Source: Camelus ferus (taxonomy: Eukaryota). From it: a stretch of DNA of 64,000 nucleotides. The stretch's first letter is position 1. Every line of letters begins with the position of its first letter. The notes under the pieces are model-generated. The model saw only the letters and a program-made list of their open reading frames with translations, was not told the origin of the DNA and made no database searches. A program made the translations under genes and the position numbers. The stretch lies in the NCBI RefSeq assembly GCF_009834535.1, contig NC_045697.1, positions 54,624,001-54,688,000 on the forward strand, given 5' to 3'. This document shows, one piece after another, positions 24,290-37,490 of the stretch.

Positions 24290-26280
24290 ATTAATATACA
24301 AAAATCAATTGTATTCCCATATACTGGTAACAAACATTTGAAACTGAAACTAAGTAAGGAATACTGTTTATAATAGCATCAAAAATAAGCTACCTTAGAA
24401 TAAATCTATTAAGAATTGATTTCTTTAATGCATTAAAGAATGCATTATCTGTACACTGAAACCTACAAATTAAAGAAATTAAAGAAAACTTAAGTAAATA
24501 TACTATGTTTAGGAGTTAGAAGACTCAATATTGTTAAGATGTAAATTTTACCAAAATTGATCTACAGATTTAATGAAATCCCAATAAAAGTCCAGCCAGG
24601 TTTTTTTGGATAGAAATTGATGATCTGATTTTAAAATTCATATGGAAATACAAAGGACCCAGCATAGCCAAAATTATAAATCAAACTTTAAAAAGGAAAA
24701 CAAAATTGAAGGACTAACATTACCTAATTTGGGGGCTTATTATCAAGCTAAGTAATCAAGAGAGTGTAGTACTGGTGACAGGCACACAAAAAGATCAAAT
24801 AGAATAGAACAGCAAATCCAGAAATAATCCCCATACATATGGCACACATATGTGAACAATTGATTTTTGACAAAGGTGTAAAGACAATTCAGTGGAGAAA
24901 GGATAGCCTTTTCAACAAATGGTGCTGACATAACAGAATAGACATGTGCCAAAACCCCCAAAAAACAAATTAAAAAAGAACTTCAAACCATCCCTTGTAT
25001 ATATACACAAATTAACTCAAAATGGATCATAAAACCAAATGCAAAATCTACAACTATAAAAATCCTAGGAAAAAAACTTAGGAGAAAACTTTGGTGATCT
25101 TGAGTTGGGCAAAACTTTTAAAAATATGACACCAAATCATGGTATAAAAGACTTAGGAGAAAACTTTGGTGATCTTGAGTTGGGCAAAACTTTTAAAAAT
25201 ATGACACCAAAAGCATGGTATAAAAGACAAAATTGATCAATTTGACTTTATCAAAGTTAAAAACTTCTCTTTGAAAGACACTCTTAAAATAATGAAAGGC
25301 AAGCCACAGACTGGAAGAAAATATTTGCAAATCATTTATCTGATAAAGGACTTGTATCAAGAATATATAAAGAGCTCTCTAAACTCAATTAGAAAACAAA
25401 AATATCAGATGAAAAACAGGCGGAGGGGTTGAACAAATACATCAGTAAAGAAGATATATGGTGGTAAATGAAGCAAATGAAAAATGCTTAATATTATTAG
25501 TCATTTGAGAGATGCATAAAACCATTTAACATAGGAGGTACCACTACACACCTATTAAAATGGCTAAACTTAAAACCACTGACAAAACCAAATGCTAGTG
25601 AGAATGTGGAGGAAATTAACCTTCATACATTGCTTATGGGAATGAAAAACGACATTTATAATTTGTAAAACAGTTTAGTAGTTTCTTAAATAGTTAAACA
25701 TACACATACAGTGTAATCCATGTATTTCACTACTAGGAATTCACCTAAGAAAAGTGAAGATGCATATGTTCAAAAACACTTTTACATGAATGTTCACAGC
25801 TGCTTTATTTGTAATAGCCCTATACTGGAAACAATCTAAATAGCCAAATAACAGGCAATTAGATAAACCAATTGCGGTTTATCTATATCCATAAATGCAA
25901 CTCATGCTCACCATAAAGAGGAATGAACTGTTGATACAAACTGCAATTGTGGATAATTCTCAAAATAATTACACCAAGTGAAAGAAACCAGACATAAAGG
26001 AGTATATTGTGATTCCATTTACACAAAATTACAGAAAATGGAGAGTAATCTATAGTGACAGAAAGCAGATCACAGATTTCCTGGGGAGGAGGCACAAGGT
26101 AGCCTAGGAGGGAGGAATTATAGAGGGGCACAAGAAACTGGGAGGGAGATAGAGATATTCATTATCTTCATTGTGGTAATGGCTTCACAGCCACATACAT
26201 ATGTCAAAACTCAGTAAATTGTACAATTTAGACATGTGCAGTTTATTATATATCAATTATACATCAAAAAAGTTGTTAAA
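24290..26280 (+). mobile_element. Old L1 (L1MB/MC/MD-type) ORF2 3' half and 3' UTR
   Basis: caaaaatcaattgtatt, aagactcaatattgttaagatg, ttttcaacaaatggtgct, and 3' end tgtgcagtttattatatatcaattatac. Confidence 0.88.
25076..25226 (+). repeat. Near-perfect 75/76-bp tandem duplication inside the L1
   Basis: acttaggagaaaac...ggtataaaag at 25076-25150 and 25151-25226. Confidence 0.95.
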
Positions 26281-26329
26281 ATAACACTCCCTGTTATTAC
26301 AAAATTAATAAATCCTTTTGAAACTTTAA

Positions 26330-28065
26330 TTTCCAGCTTTGGTTTTCTTCTTTCAACAGTAAATATTTCACTCCACTCTCCTCCTGCTTGCATGATTTCT
26401 GATGAGAAGTCTGCTGTAACACTTATCCTTGATCTCCTAGAGGTAATTGTTTTTTTCTTTTGGCTTTTTTCAAGATTTTGTCTTTGTCTTTTGTTTTCTA
26501 TAGTTTGAATATGATATTCCTCAGTGTAAATTTTGGGGTATTTATCCTGCTTGGTGTGCTCTGAGCCTCCTGGATGTGTGGTAGTGTGTCTGTTACTAAT
26601 TTTGGAAAATTCTTAGCCATTGTTCCTTCAGATATTTCTTTTGATCTGTTCTCTTTTTCTTCTCCTTCTGGGATTCTAATTATACATATGTTATACCTTT
26701 TGAAATTATCCCATAGTTCTTAGGTGTTCTGTCTTTTCTTTCTTAATTCATTTTTCTCTTTGCATTTAAGTTTGGGGAGTTTTTATTTATGTACCTTTAA
26801 GCTCATTGATTCTTTCTTGGCTGTGAGCAGTCTACTTGTGAGCTCATCAAAGACATTTTTCATTTTTATAGTGGTTTTGATTTTTTAGCTTATTCTTTTG
26901 GTACTTTCCTAGAGTTTCCATCTCTCTGCTTATGTTACCTGTCTGATCAGGTATATTGTCTACTTTTTACATTAGAGCCCTTCACTTATTCATCATTGTT
27001 ACTTTACATTCCCTGTCTGATAATTCCAAAATCTGTGTCTTATCTGAGTCCAGTTTTCATGTTTGCTTAGCCTCTTCAGATTGTGTTTTTTTCTGCCTTT
27101 TGACATGCCTTGTAATTTTTTGTTGCAATTTGTACATACTGCAAGAGTTTTGGGAACTGAGAAAAATAGGCCTTTAGTGTGAAGTGGTTTTTGTTTTTGT
27201 TTTTTAATATGAGTAGACGAGGGACTGTGTTTAAAGTTTGCTGTAGCTGTAGGTGTCAGAGTCTTCAAATTCCTTGAGTGTCTTTGTTTTACAATCCCCT
27301 GTGCCTTTGGTCTTCCCTAAGAACTCCTTGCGTAGAGTATTCATCCCATAGTCCTTTCAGCTGTAGTCCATTGCTGTTTTACTGGAGCTCTGTTGGTGTG
27401 GTAGTAAGGTGTGGGCAAGGAGAGTGTTTTATATCATGATTAAAATTCAGTCTTTTAGTGGGTCTGGGCTATGATCGTCACAAGTGCTTTTTAGTTTTGC
27501 TTTTCTCCCCAGTGATACAGCAAGGCTGGAGGGGTTTGGAGTATGGAAAAAGCCCATTCCCTGGTGGGATAGGCTCTGGTAAAGTCTTTTTCCCTAGAAA
27601 TTAGGTCTTTGTTATGGAGAATGCCCTGTGTATTTTACAACTGTTAAGGTGACTTTCCTCTTGTCTCTGCCAGGGCCACAAGACCATCTTTCTTGGCTCT
27701 TCACCATGAGACCCTGGTAGGTTTCTCAAGAAGAAACCCACAAAAGTGTGGGGCCCCCCTAAGACAGCAGCTCCCAGGATTTTATCATGCTCACATTGGT
27801 CCACACACAGCCTCCAGCAATTCATGATTTAAGTGTTCCTACCAGTTTATGGCTCTGGCAGCTTCTACTCCGGGTAAGCAGATCTCAGCTGTACCTCTGC
27901 ATTCACCTATCTCTCCATATTTTGGGATTGCAGCTTTTCCTGCAACCTCAGTTCTCTGATGGGTCCAAGAAAAGCCACTGATTTTCAGTTTGTTCAGCTT
28001 TCTCCTTGTTGTTAGGATAATAAGAATGACAGCTTCTAAGCTCTTTATACATGCTGGAGCTGAAA
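26330..28065 (-). mobile_element. Old L1 5' region/ORF1 (L1MC/MD-type)
   Basis: T-rich antisense ORF1 text: tttctgatgagaagtctgctg, tttggaaaattcttagccatt. Confidence 0.75.
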
Positions 28066-31000
28066 GAGGAAAGTCCCTTTTTCCAATTTTGGACAATTTT
28101 CCTAAACTTCTCAAGCTAGATCACAGGAAGTGAGAAATCATCAGTGGCTCCTCTCCCACCTTTACAAATGGAAACGATTTTCCCGCTTCCTTGGAGCTCA
28201 GTCTAACGCACAAGAGAGGCCATTTAAGCACCGGAAGACAGGGGTTTGATAGAGAGAGGCCAAGAGGGTCATAGGAGCAGAGAGGAGGGGTCTGTTTTAG
28301 TCTGGATTCTGAGGCAGAGTCTGGGGAGGACAGGCAGGCACTCAGGAAAGAGGTGATACGTAAGTTGGGTGTTCCGGGAGTTAACATGATGGAGAGACAA
28401 GAGAGGAAAGGTGGTCAGGCTTTAGGGAATAGCAAATGCAGCAGCACAGAGATGAAAGGAATAACATCTTAGACATGATCACTTAGCATTTTTGAGTGCT
28501 CTGTCCGTTGTAAGCAATTTCCTCCTATTCTATTTGTGCTACTTAATTCAGAACATTCTCTGCATCATGAAGGGATTGTTTGGGGATGGCCTTTGCACCT
28601 CCAGCCTCGTAGCAGTCACTCTAACTCAAGACAGTTGGTAGCTTTATTTTCTATGGAGTTGTAAGTAAAGGTGTGATACATTCATTTCAATTATAATTTG
28701 TTTTTAGCGTCTTAATTTATGAGATTATAAAACAAGAGGGGGAGAAAATCCTTAATTTTCTTGTGTTTTGAGAATTTGTTTTGTGAGAGATGTTTTAAAC
28801 TAATTAATGAGCCGAATAACAGAACCTTGCAAGTTGCAAGATGTTCAATTAACCACAGCTGCCTGTGGGGAGCATTCCCTGGACTTAGTGATCTATCAGA
28901 GGTTTTTGAGAACCTAAGGCAGAACTTCAAGCCCAGCACAGGAGAGGATTGTCTAATTAGAACAACAGACTGGGAGTTGGTTACCTTGAGCTGTATTTTT
29001 GCTTTAGTAAGTTCTTCTGTCTGACCTTGGGCAAATTGCATAATCTTTGGGGGTTTTCTTATCTTTCAAATGCTGATAATACTTGCTTGATTTTAGGCCT
29101 TTTTGAGGTCTTGGATGAAAGCTGTTTTATAAGTTTGTTGCATTATCAGGAAATGCCAGATTTATAAGTTATTATTAACTATGGGAGGCGTGTGAACACC
29201 CATCCACTCCCCTTTCAAGACTGGAAACAAAACAAAACAAAACAAACCCACCATCTGAGTTCAACTGCTGTGTTGCCATGGGCACAGTGCTCTTTTCGTG
29301 GCATTTGTAGAGCAGTCAACAGTCAGTAGTGACTCGTGGGGAGAAGTTATGCTTTCACTATTCTTTTCAGGTCAACATTATTTATTTATTGACTGCAGGC
29401 CTCATTATATTCCACTGGGTGGTTTTACAAGTGTCACCACAATGAACATCTGACATTGGTTCTTATAACATAAAGGAAATGACCTGACAAAAATGTGGAA
29501 TCCCACAAGGTAAATAAATGAACATGCTTTAAAAAACAACACTAAAATTACAGAAGAGGGAAAATAATCAGTTTCCAGTGGGTAGCTTACAAATACACCA
29601 TGCTCCCCTGACTGTAAGCAGGAGCCCATTCATCATGACTTCTACAAAGTTTAACCAGTCTGGTAAATATTGATGCTAGTAGAAATAACATCCTCTTTAT
29701 TTCACCTCATTTACATTCTGTAAAAGTATTGTGCTTCTTTTTATGATATTATTTGTTGATGCATCAAAAAAAAAAAAAAAGAAAAGACAAAATTGTTATG
29801 AATCACACTGCCAGACGCTTTAAGGCAAATGTTTCCAAAACATAGCTAGCGATTTGTTCCTGAACTCTTTCCTCGCCCCTTCTTTCTTACGCTGTTTGCT
29901 TATTTATGTGGAGCTAGAAAACAGGTTAAGTGCAAGGCAAGACGACTTGCTGGCAAGCAATCAGGAAGCCATGCTCTGTAAGCTGCTCTCACTGGGAAGA
30001 GACTGATGTATGGGCTCCTTCCGTGATCAGGGACTTGGAGGAAGGCTCACCATACCACCAAATGTCAGTTGCACAAATGTAAGGAGTTTTGCCAAGTTAC
30101 ATGTGACACTGGTTTATTCTTTAAATAGTAAATAGCATTAAGTATATCCAATATGCTGGGTACCATGGTAGGCACTGGGATATTAGAGATCAACAAAACA
30201 CAATCCATAATTTCTAGAGATTTATAATATAGTAGAAGAAACAGACATCCAAATAGTGTTATTTGAGTATTTCTAGGTCTTAACCAGTCTGTTGGTAAAA
30301 TTAAGTAACAAATTCCTCTGGTTCATAATTCTACCTGATAACATGGAACCTAGTCTCTTTAAAATCCCTCTTGGTTATTTGTGGGGACTTCTGGCCGTGG
30401 TTCACATGTCTTCAAGAATAGCCTACCCGTCTTCTCTAGACATTCATTTTTGCCCTGGCCACTGCTGATAGTATCCCATGAGAAAGGTGACAGCATTGTC
30501 CCAGGCATCTAAAGACAGGAAATTGTCTAGGTTAACCACAGATTCATGATTTAGGAAACTAGGTAACTAGTGGTAGCATTAATCAAAGAAGGCGAAGGAA
30601 GAGCAGATTTGGGGGGCAAGTTAGAGATGAATATTTTATGTTTTGAATTAAATGCGTCTTTCAGACACCAAATTGAGATGATAAATGAGCCGAGTTACCA
30701 TTCCTTTGCTTAGGAAAGAACCATGTAAATTTGGGATTTATCAGCATCCAGGGCTGTTAAAGCCATTTTTGTTGCGACTGCCCTGGGAAAGTGTTGAGAG
30801 AGCAGAGAAGAGAGGAATACATTACAGAGAAAAGAGTTCAGGCTTGTTGTTAAAGCCATGTTTTTTGCAGATGAGCGGCTGGAAAGAAGATGAAGATAAG
30901 GGGGCATTTTAAAGTGAGGGGCTGGGTGATCAGTATAAGGGAAAAGGGCACAAATTTAGGAGATTGGTCAGCCAAAGGCTGACTCCAGCAGCTTCCCAAT

Positions 31001-31099
31001 GTTGCCAATGGCTGTCCCTTCTATACAGAGGAATAAAGTGTGAAAACTGAAAGTTGGAGGAATTAGTTCCCTTGGTAAGATTCTGCAGCTTTGAGTCTC

Positions 31100-31345
31100 A
31101 TTCTTCAGATATCATCTTCATCCTCCTAAAACTGAACCAAACCAATATAAAATTTTTGGGGAACACAAATATTCAGTCCACTGCAATTACCAATAACTAT
31201 ATTTGCCCATATGTTCCTACTTCTCCCATCTGCTGTCTCACCAACCCAAGTAACCAGTATCCTGATTTTTGTGATCATTTTCTTGCTTAAAAACATAATT
31301 ATCTATATGCCTAGATAATCTATCTTTCTCTGTGTATTTTTAAAC

Positions 31346-31380
<35 letters not shown>

Positions 31381-32090
31381 TCCAAACCAAATTGTAGTCT
31401 CCTAGGACTTGCTTTCTTCACTTGACATTATGTGGGTAAAATTCATGCATAATGTTGCTTGTAGCAATATATTGTACTGCTGTGTGATATTTAATGTGTA
31501 AATATACTGTGATCTTTTAAAATCGATCACTTATGTCAATGGGCATTTGAGTTGCATACACATTTTTACTATTATGAACAGTGCTGCTGTGATCAACCCG
31601 TACATGTGCAAATGTTTCTTTTGAGGATTTTATCAGACAGGATAAGCAGATTATGCTGCAATAACAAATTAACCCCTAGACGCAGCTGACTTAATACAAC
31701 AAAGATTGATTTCTTGGTCAGGGAGCCTCAGGGACCCAGGCATTACTGAGGCTACACCATCATTATCTGTGTCTTCAAGAATGTGAGGCCTCCATTGCCT
31801 CCTAGGAGGGTAAGAGGGACACAGTGTCTTATCTCAGAATCGATAGATGACCTCTATCCACATTTCTTTTACCTGAATTAGCAGTATGGCCAAAGCGAAT
31901 GCAACAGAGGAAGGGTGAGAACTGCAGGGCAGCAGATGGAATGTTTGCGATCACCTCTGTCTCTGACACTTAGAAGTGAAATTCCTGGGTTGCCAGGTTT
32001 ATGAATATTCAGTTTTATAAGACAGTGCAAAATTGTTTTCCAAAGTGTCTATGACAATTAATACTATCCATAGAAGTGTATAGAGATATA
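31100..32090 (-). mobile_element. Old L1ME-type fragment interrupted by a MaLR LTR (~31630-31968)
   Basis: gggcatttgagttg...attatgaacagtgctgctg resumes after the insert as tagaagtgaaattcctgggt. The insert carries MLT1-type ttatgctgcaataacaaa. Confidence 0.65.
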
Positions 32091-32339
32091 ATTTATTTTT
32101 TAAGCATCTAACAAATATTTTCTCCCCAAAGTTCTTTTCTCAGAAAAAGAACTTTTTTGTGCTTTATACTTCCATGTAAAGTGAATAGAGACATTCTTAT
32201 GCCTATTTTTCAGATAGAATAGGGTATTGATTTAAATAAGTGATGGTGCAAATTAACAATGTTTTTGTCTGTCTGTCCTACCCTTCTTTGCATCAGATCA
32301 TAGTATCTGATCTTTCATTTCTTGGATCATGTTTCCCTA

Positions 32340-32815
32340 TTGAGTGTGGTTATAAAAATTCTACCACTATGTTTTGATCCCCTCCCTCTGTAGGAAGGGG
32401 TATAAGACACAGTCTGCAGGACTCAGATTATTTTATAACTTTCCTGCAGTGATTTGTTCTGAGATGGGTCCGTGACCCAAATAAGATAGTCAGAGACTAA
32501 TGTACAGATTTGCTTTTGGATGTTCAGAAAGAGAAGCACTGTATTCTATTGGGACCGAGCGTTGCAAGGCTCGGTATATCTGGAGCTGCAATTGGCTGTC
32601 TGCCCTAGCTACTTCCAACACATTGCTGAATAAAGCCAATACAGAAAGTAAAGTGAGGCTAAGCACAGGGGAGACACAGAACCTTGGCAACATGATTCAA
32701 CTTCCTTGGTTCAGCTGGGTCTGAAGCCCACTCCCTGGACTTTTCAGTTATCTGAGCTGAAACATTCCCTATTTTACTTAAGCTCATTTCTGTTGGATAT
32801 CTGAGAGTCCTAATC
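32340..32815 (+). mobile_element. MaLR LTR (MLT1J/K-like)
   Basis: gatgggtccgtgacccaa...ctggacttttcagtta...cttaagctcattt. Confidence 0.6.
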
Positions 32816-33629
32816 AGCCAGTTAGTAGCAGGAAGATCTGAATTCAGGTTTTCAATTTTTTTGGTTGGACTCTCTTCCTGCACATCTTCTTGTGACTCTT
32901 GGCTCTACTCTGCTAGGCTAAGTATTATCAGCTTCAGTTTTCACATCAGTTCCTAGAGGTGGAGACCAAGGAGAACTTCACGGCAGGGTGGGTTTAAGAT
33001 TTTGAGAAACCATTTGGAAGGTTTCATCATGAGTAATGTGTCACAGCACAAATTAATATATTAGACAATTTTGTCATTATTCTCGAATCTAGAAATTGAT
33101 TCTTTGGTTCCCAAGTCTATGGCACTATAAAAAGATACACATCCATCACCTTACACAGGATGGTGAGATTTTATCTTTGTACTTACCTCAAAGTGACAAA
33201 TAGTTAATTAGACACATAAAGCATTTTTTAGCGTAGACAGTTTTGAACTTGAAGTTTTGCTGCTGATAGAAAGAGGAATCCCAGAGAGTGCAAGAATCTG
33301 AACACTAAATCCAGAACCCTCTCCGATGTCTCAATAACTGCCAAGTCAGCTCTGAGGCTAATTAATCACAACAAATTTACATTTAAGCCCACAAAGAAGC
33401 ACTAATGACTGTGCTTGGCAGGGAGGAAATGTGCTGAGAAGGGAAACCTGAAAGGGAGAAGGGAGAGAGATTTTTGTCATGGTCTTGTCAAGGGCAGGGC
33501 TGCAGGGCAATTGTGTAGGAAGCACTAGACTCATTTTTGTTTAGACAAAGGGGCCTCATCCAGGTGATGACTGGAGATGAAGGCCCCAACCTCCTGGATA
33601 AATGCAGGGCATCTGGTACCCATCCTCTA

Positions 33630-33980
33630 GGATAAGGCCTGCTGTGTCCCCCTCAAAATTCATATGTTGAAGCCCAGTCCCCAGTGTAATGGTATTTGGA
33701 GGTGGGTGGTAATCAAGTTATGAGGGTGGAGCCCTCATGATGGAATTAGTGCCCTTATAGGAAGAGATGTGAGAGAGATTGCTTCTCTCTCTGCTCTCCC
33801 CCATGTGAGGACACAGCAAGAAAATGGCCTCTGTAACCAAGAAGAGGGTTTGCACCAGAACCCAACCAGGCTGGTACCCTGATCTCACACTTCCAGCCTC
33901 CAGAACAGTGAGAAAGAAATGTCTGTTGTTTAAGACACATAGTCTATGGTATCTTGTTATAGCAGCTCAAACTGCTTACA
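33630..33980 (+). mobile_element. MaLR solo LTR (MLT1A0-like)
   Basis: aaattcatatgttgaag...ccatgtgaggacacagc...cttccagcctccagaacagtgagaaa...ttgttatagcagc. Confidence 0.85.
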
Positions 33981-34229
33981 GTAAGGCCTTTTTCTTCCAG
34001 AGAAGCATGGCCTTTCTAGAATCTGCCAGTTGGCCTGCAGGGAATAAGGAATCCAGAGGTGGATTTTGGTTTCTTCTACCTTGTTTGTTTCCTTTCCTCC
34101 CCAGCCTACTTGCCTCTTAGACTCTTGTTCCCAAACCTGGGCTCTTATTGCTTGATGACAACTGTCTGTCCAATTCCTAATGCTTGTCATTTAGTCCCTC
34201 AACAGATACGGATGGACCTGTTAAGTGAG

Positions 34230-34645
34230 AGATTCTGGCTAGAGTGCCTCTTCTCCTTATGGGGACACAGTGGTATTACAGTTTCTAATTTCCTCTACAG
34301 GTAGATGGGCCCATATGCCTGAGTTCTGGCCAATGGAATGTGAGGGGAAGTGATGGATGTCACTTTGGGACCTGGCCCCTGTAATCTCCCTGGAAATTCT
34401 TCTTATTGGATTTCTTTTTTTAAATTGCTGGTTGGATATGGAAGATTCAGTGGAGGATTTGGAGGGGCCTGGAGGAAGTGGAAATGCTAGATGTAAAGAT
34501 CTCAGTGTCAGAATGATTCTGCAGAGCACAGTCCCATGCTGATGCACATTCTACTGTGAATATATGAAAAATACGCATTTATTGGCCTAAGACACTGGGA
34601 ATTGAGGTTATTTGAACTGCAATTAGCTTGTCTTGTTGAATATAT
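34230..34645 (+). mobile_element. MaLR LTR (MLT1J-like)
   Basis: gagttctggccaatggaatgtgag...gacactgggaattgaggttatttg. Confidence 0.6.
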
Positions 34646-37014
34646 CTTACATTTATCCATGCAGGTAACAGATATCTACTGAGTACCTACAAAGTGTTAG
34701 ATTCTGTATTGGATACTGAGGTACAGTAGTGAAAAAATATAGACCTTGACTTCACAGCCTTACAATCTACTGGTGACAAATGACAGTGTGAATGCAGGGT
34801 TGGTAGAAGAAGATGAAATCCAAAGATACATGATCAGTACTTTTAAGGAACTGATGTCTATGCAATCTGATATGATAAAATGGGCTAAAAATGATGTCCT
34901 AAGGTCATAGACCTTGAATTGTTATTAAAATAGAGTAGTGTGTGAGTTAGTAGGCAGTTTGTGTGGAGTAAAGAGGCTCTTTTGGATGAAGATTAAATCA
35001 AGTAGAAAAATATAGCACATCATGGGAAAAGAATTAAGAACTTCTCAAGTGAGTCCTTACTAGATCCTAGTCAGTATGCATGTGCTCCTGTTTAATTCTC
35101 CTCACATTAGGAAGTAGGTATTTATCCCCATTTTCTGTGCAAAGACTGAGACTCAAGGACATTAAATTACTTGCCTGAGGTCACACAACTAATGAGCGAT
35201 AGAACTGGCATTCTGACCCAAGTCTGCTGGGCTCTTTCCTGGGCACCGGCACCCTGCTGTTCGGTTGGGTCAGTGTTATTGCTCTCAGGGCATCCATGCT
35301 GGGACACCAGGGCCTTGCCCGTTAGCCCACATGGCAGGCTTCCATTTCAGGGGTAAAAGCAAGCGCTGTGTCCCTCCCTCCCTGGAGAGATATACACCCC
35401 ATTAATTTTTCATTTTCCAAAAGCATCAGTTTTTTAATATTTTCTCTTTCCTTTTATCTCAGGGGAATATCAATCTGTACAGATTTATTATTAATTCCCT
35501 GGTAACATGCTTAGCTGCTCAAAATTTTTTACTGTTGCTTGTAAAAGAAGGCCTGCCTGTTCTTGAAATTTCAGGGACTTCGATCACTCTGGGATGAAAT
35601 ATCACCTTGAGAGGCATTATAACGAGAAGAGGAAAGTATAGGAAAAAGTTACTCCCTCCACCTCCCACCCCATCTGCCTTTTCTCTGGAACAAGTAACAG
35701 CTACTTGTTGGAGGCTTCTTTCCCCTCAGACTGATTCTGTGTTGTTTTTCCAGTCCTCTCCTTCCAAGGAACATCAAACTTATACTTAAAATAACATTCC
35801 CAGAGGAGAGGAATCCTTAGACAGAAGATTCTCTCTCCTTTCTCTCTCTCTTTCTCTTTTTGATTCAAAAATTTTTTCATGCCTCGAAGTCTAATTTTTT
35901 AATTGGTTAATCTGATAGTTATGGTATCTTTCATATGTGAATGCAACAAAGCACATTTTTTTTTGGGTTATTCTGAGCTATTGAGAATTTTAAATGAAAA
36001 TTCAAGAGAGTTCATTTCTGTAGATCCTTTTATTTATTTAACAAATACTGATGTGAGTGCACTGAGTGTCCGTGCTGAGCTGCTCCTGGGTAAGTAGCCC
36101 TAAGCCTCCACGGAGCTGGTAGTCTAGTGGGAGATATGAATATCAAGCAAAGAAACACCCTGATCATTTAGGAAAATTATATCATTATCCCATCAGTTAA
36201 TTAAATGGCCTGAATTTGGTGGAGTTCCAGCATGAAACAGTTTTGCTTTTGTCCAGCTAGTGCCTTCCCCTCTATGGGTGATTCTCTCTTTTTCTCTCCT
36301 TAATGACTTTTTCGTGGGATTCCATAACTTTCCAGCCATTCTAGGGTATAAAAGTATCCAATTCAGACTAATTTAGAAGTCTGCTCTCTTGTCTGACTCC
36401 ATTTCCCTTTTCCAGCCCTGGCCTGACCTCTGGTGGGACATGCCTTGGGGTGGGGAGCATGGTCTGTTTTCAGTCCCCAACTCCAAGTCTGTCACTTTGC
36501 CCCAGCACTGATGTGTGGGGTTGGGAGAGTGCCGGGGGCGTGGGGCTGGGGGCTGGGGGACGGGGCAGAGGGAGGTAAGAATTACAGAAAAGGAACAAAA
36601 GTTTTTTCAGTTGGCTAGTACTCTGTGTCCTCTCTTGACTCCTGATTGTCACTGGGCAGCCCCACTTCAGCTCCCGCTCTACCCACATTGGTACCCCTGC
36701 TAACTGCCTCCTGCTAGAGCCCCCTCTCCTGCAAGGCCACCCACTCTCTAGGGCAGGATGCAGCCAGGCACCTCAAGCTGGGTTACTGTTTGCAGCGTCT
36801 ACTCTACCCATAGAAAACACAGGTCCTTGTCACTTCCCTTCTTCTCTTACAGACATGGATTTTTTTGGGAGGGGAGGGGAGCAGGTGCGGGAAAAAAATC
36901 TGAAAATAATCTTGAGTCCTTTGAAGAAGAATAATAGACTTTCAGGATTCTTATAAATCATTTCATATAACCTCATCAGTTGTTCAGTAAACAAATGCCT
37001 TAGAGTTTAGAGAT

Positions 37015-37490
37015 CAACAGCATGGCATTTTGAATGAAACAGACATGGGTCCTATTCCTGTTCCTGTAACTTGCAGGTTTTGTGATCTCATGAATGCTAT
37101 TTAACTTTTCTAATAATATCAAACATCTCTCAAGTACATATTATATGCCAGATGTTCTACTAATTATTTCACCATTTTATCTTTTAATCTAATTGTATCT
37201 TGAATGACAAAGTTCTGAGATGGTTACAGATATTATCTCATTTTACCAAAGAGAAACTTGGAGTACAAAGAGGATAATAATTTGCTTAACAACAGTTATA
37301 GCAGTTATAAGTGGTGGAGACATAATTTAAACTGAAATAGTCCGAATCAAGCACTTGAAACATCATCTTTTCGCAATACTGCCTCAGTTTTCTGACCAGG
37401 AAAAATACAGAAAATGGTATTTCTATCATAGAACTGTGAGAATTAAATAAAAGGCAATATACATAAAATGCATGGCACATAGAAAGCACC
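37015..37490. mobile_element. Nested MIRs (minus-strand MIR ~37110-37370 inside a plus-strand MIR)
   Basis: The plus MIR breaks at tatttaacttttct and resumes at gcctcagttttct; the intervening segment has the reverse MIR core. Confidence 0.6.

Noticed and set aside
12509..25226. CRISPR-like or other prokaryotic repeat arrays
   Set aside because: The repeats here are head-to-tail without unique spacers, and the context is mammalian.
24290..28065. Opposed L1 pieces as a single inverted element
   Set aside because: The geometry does not fit twin priming (sense 3' end first, then antisense 5' region); they are more simply two independent old insertions.
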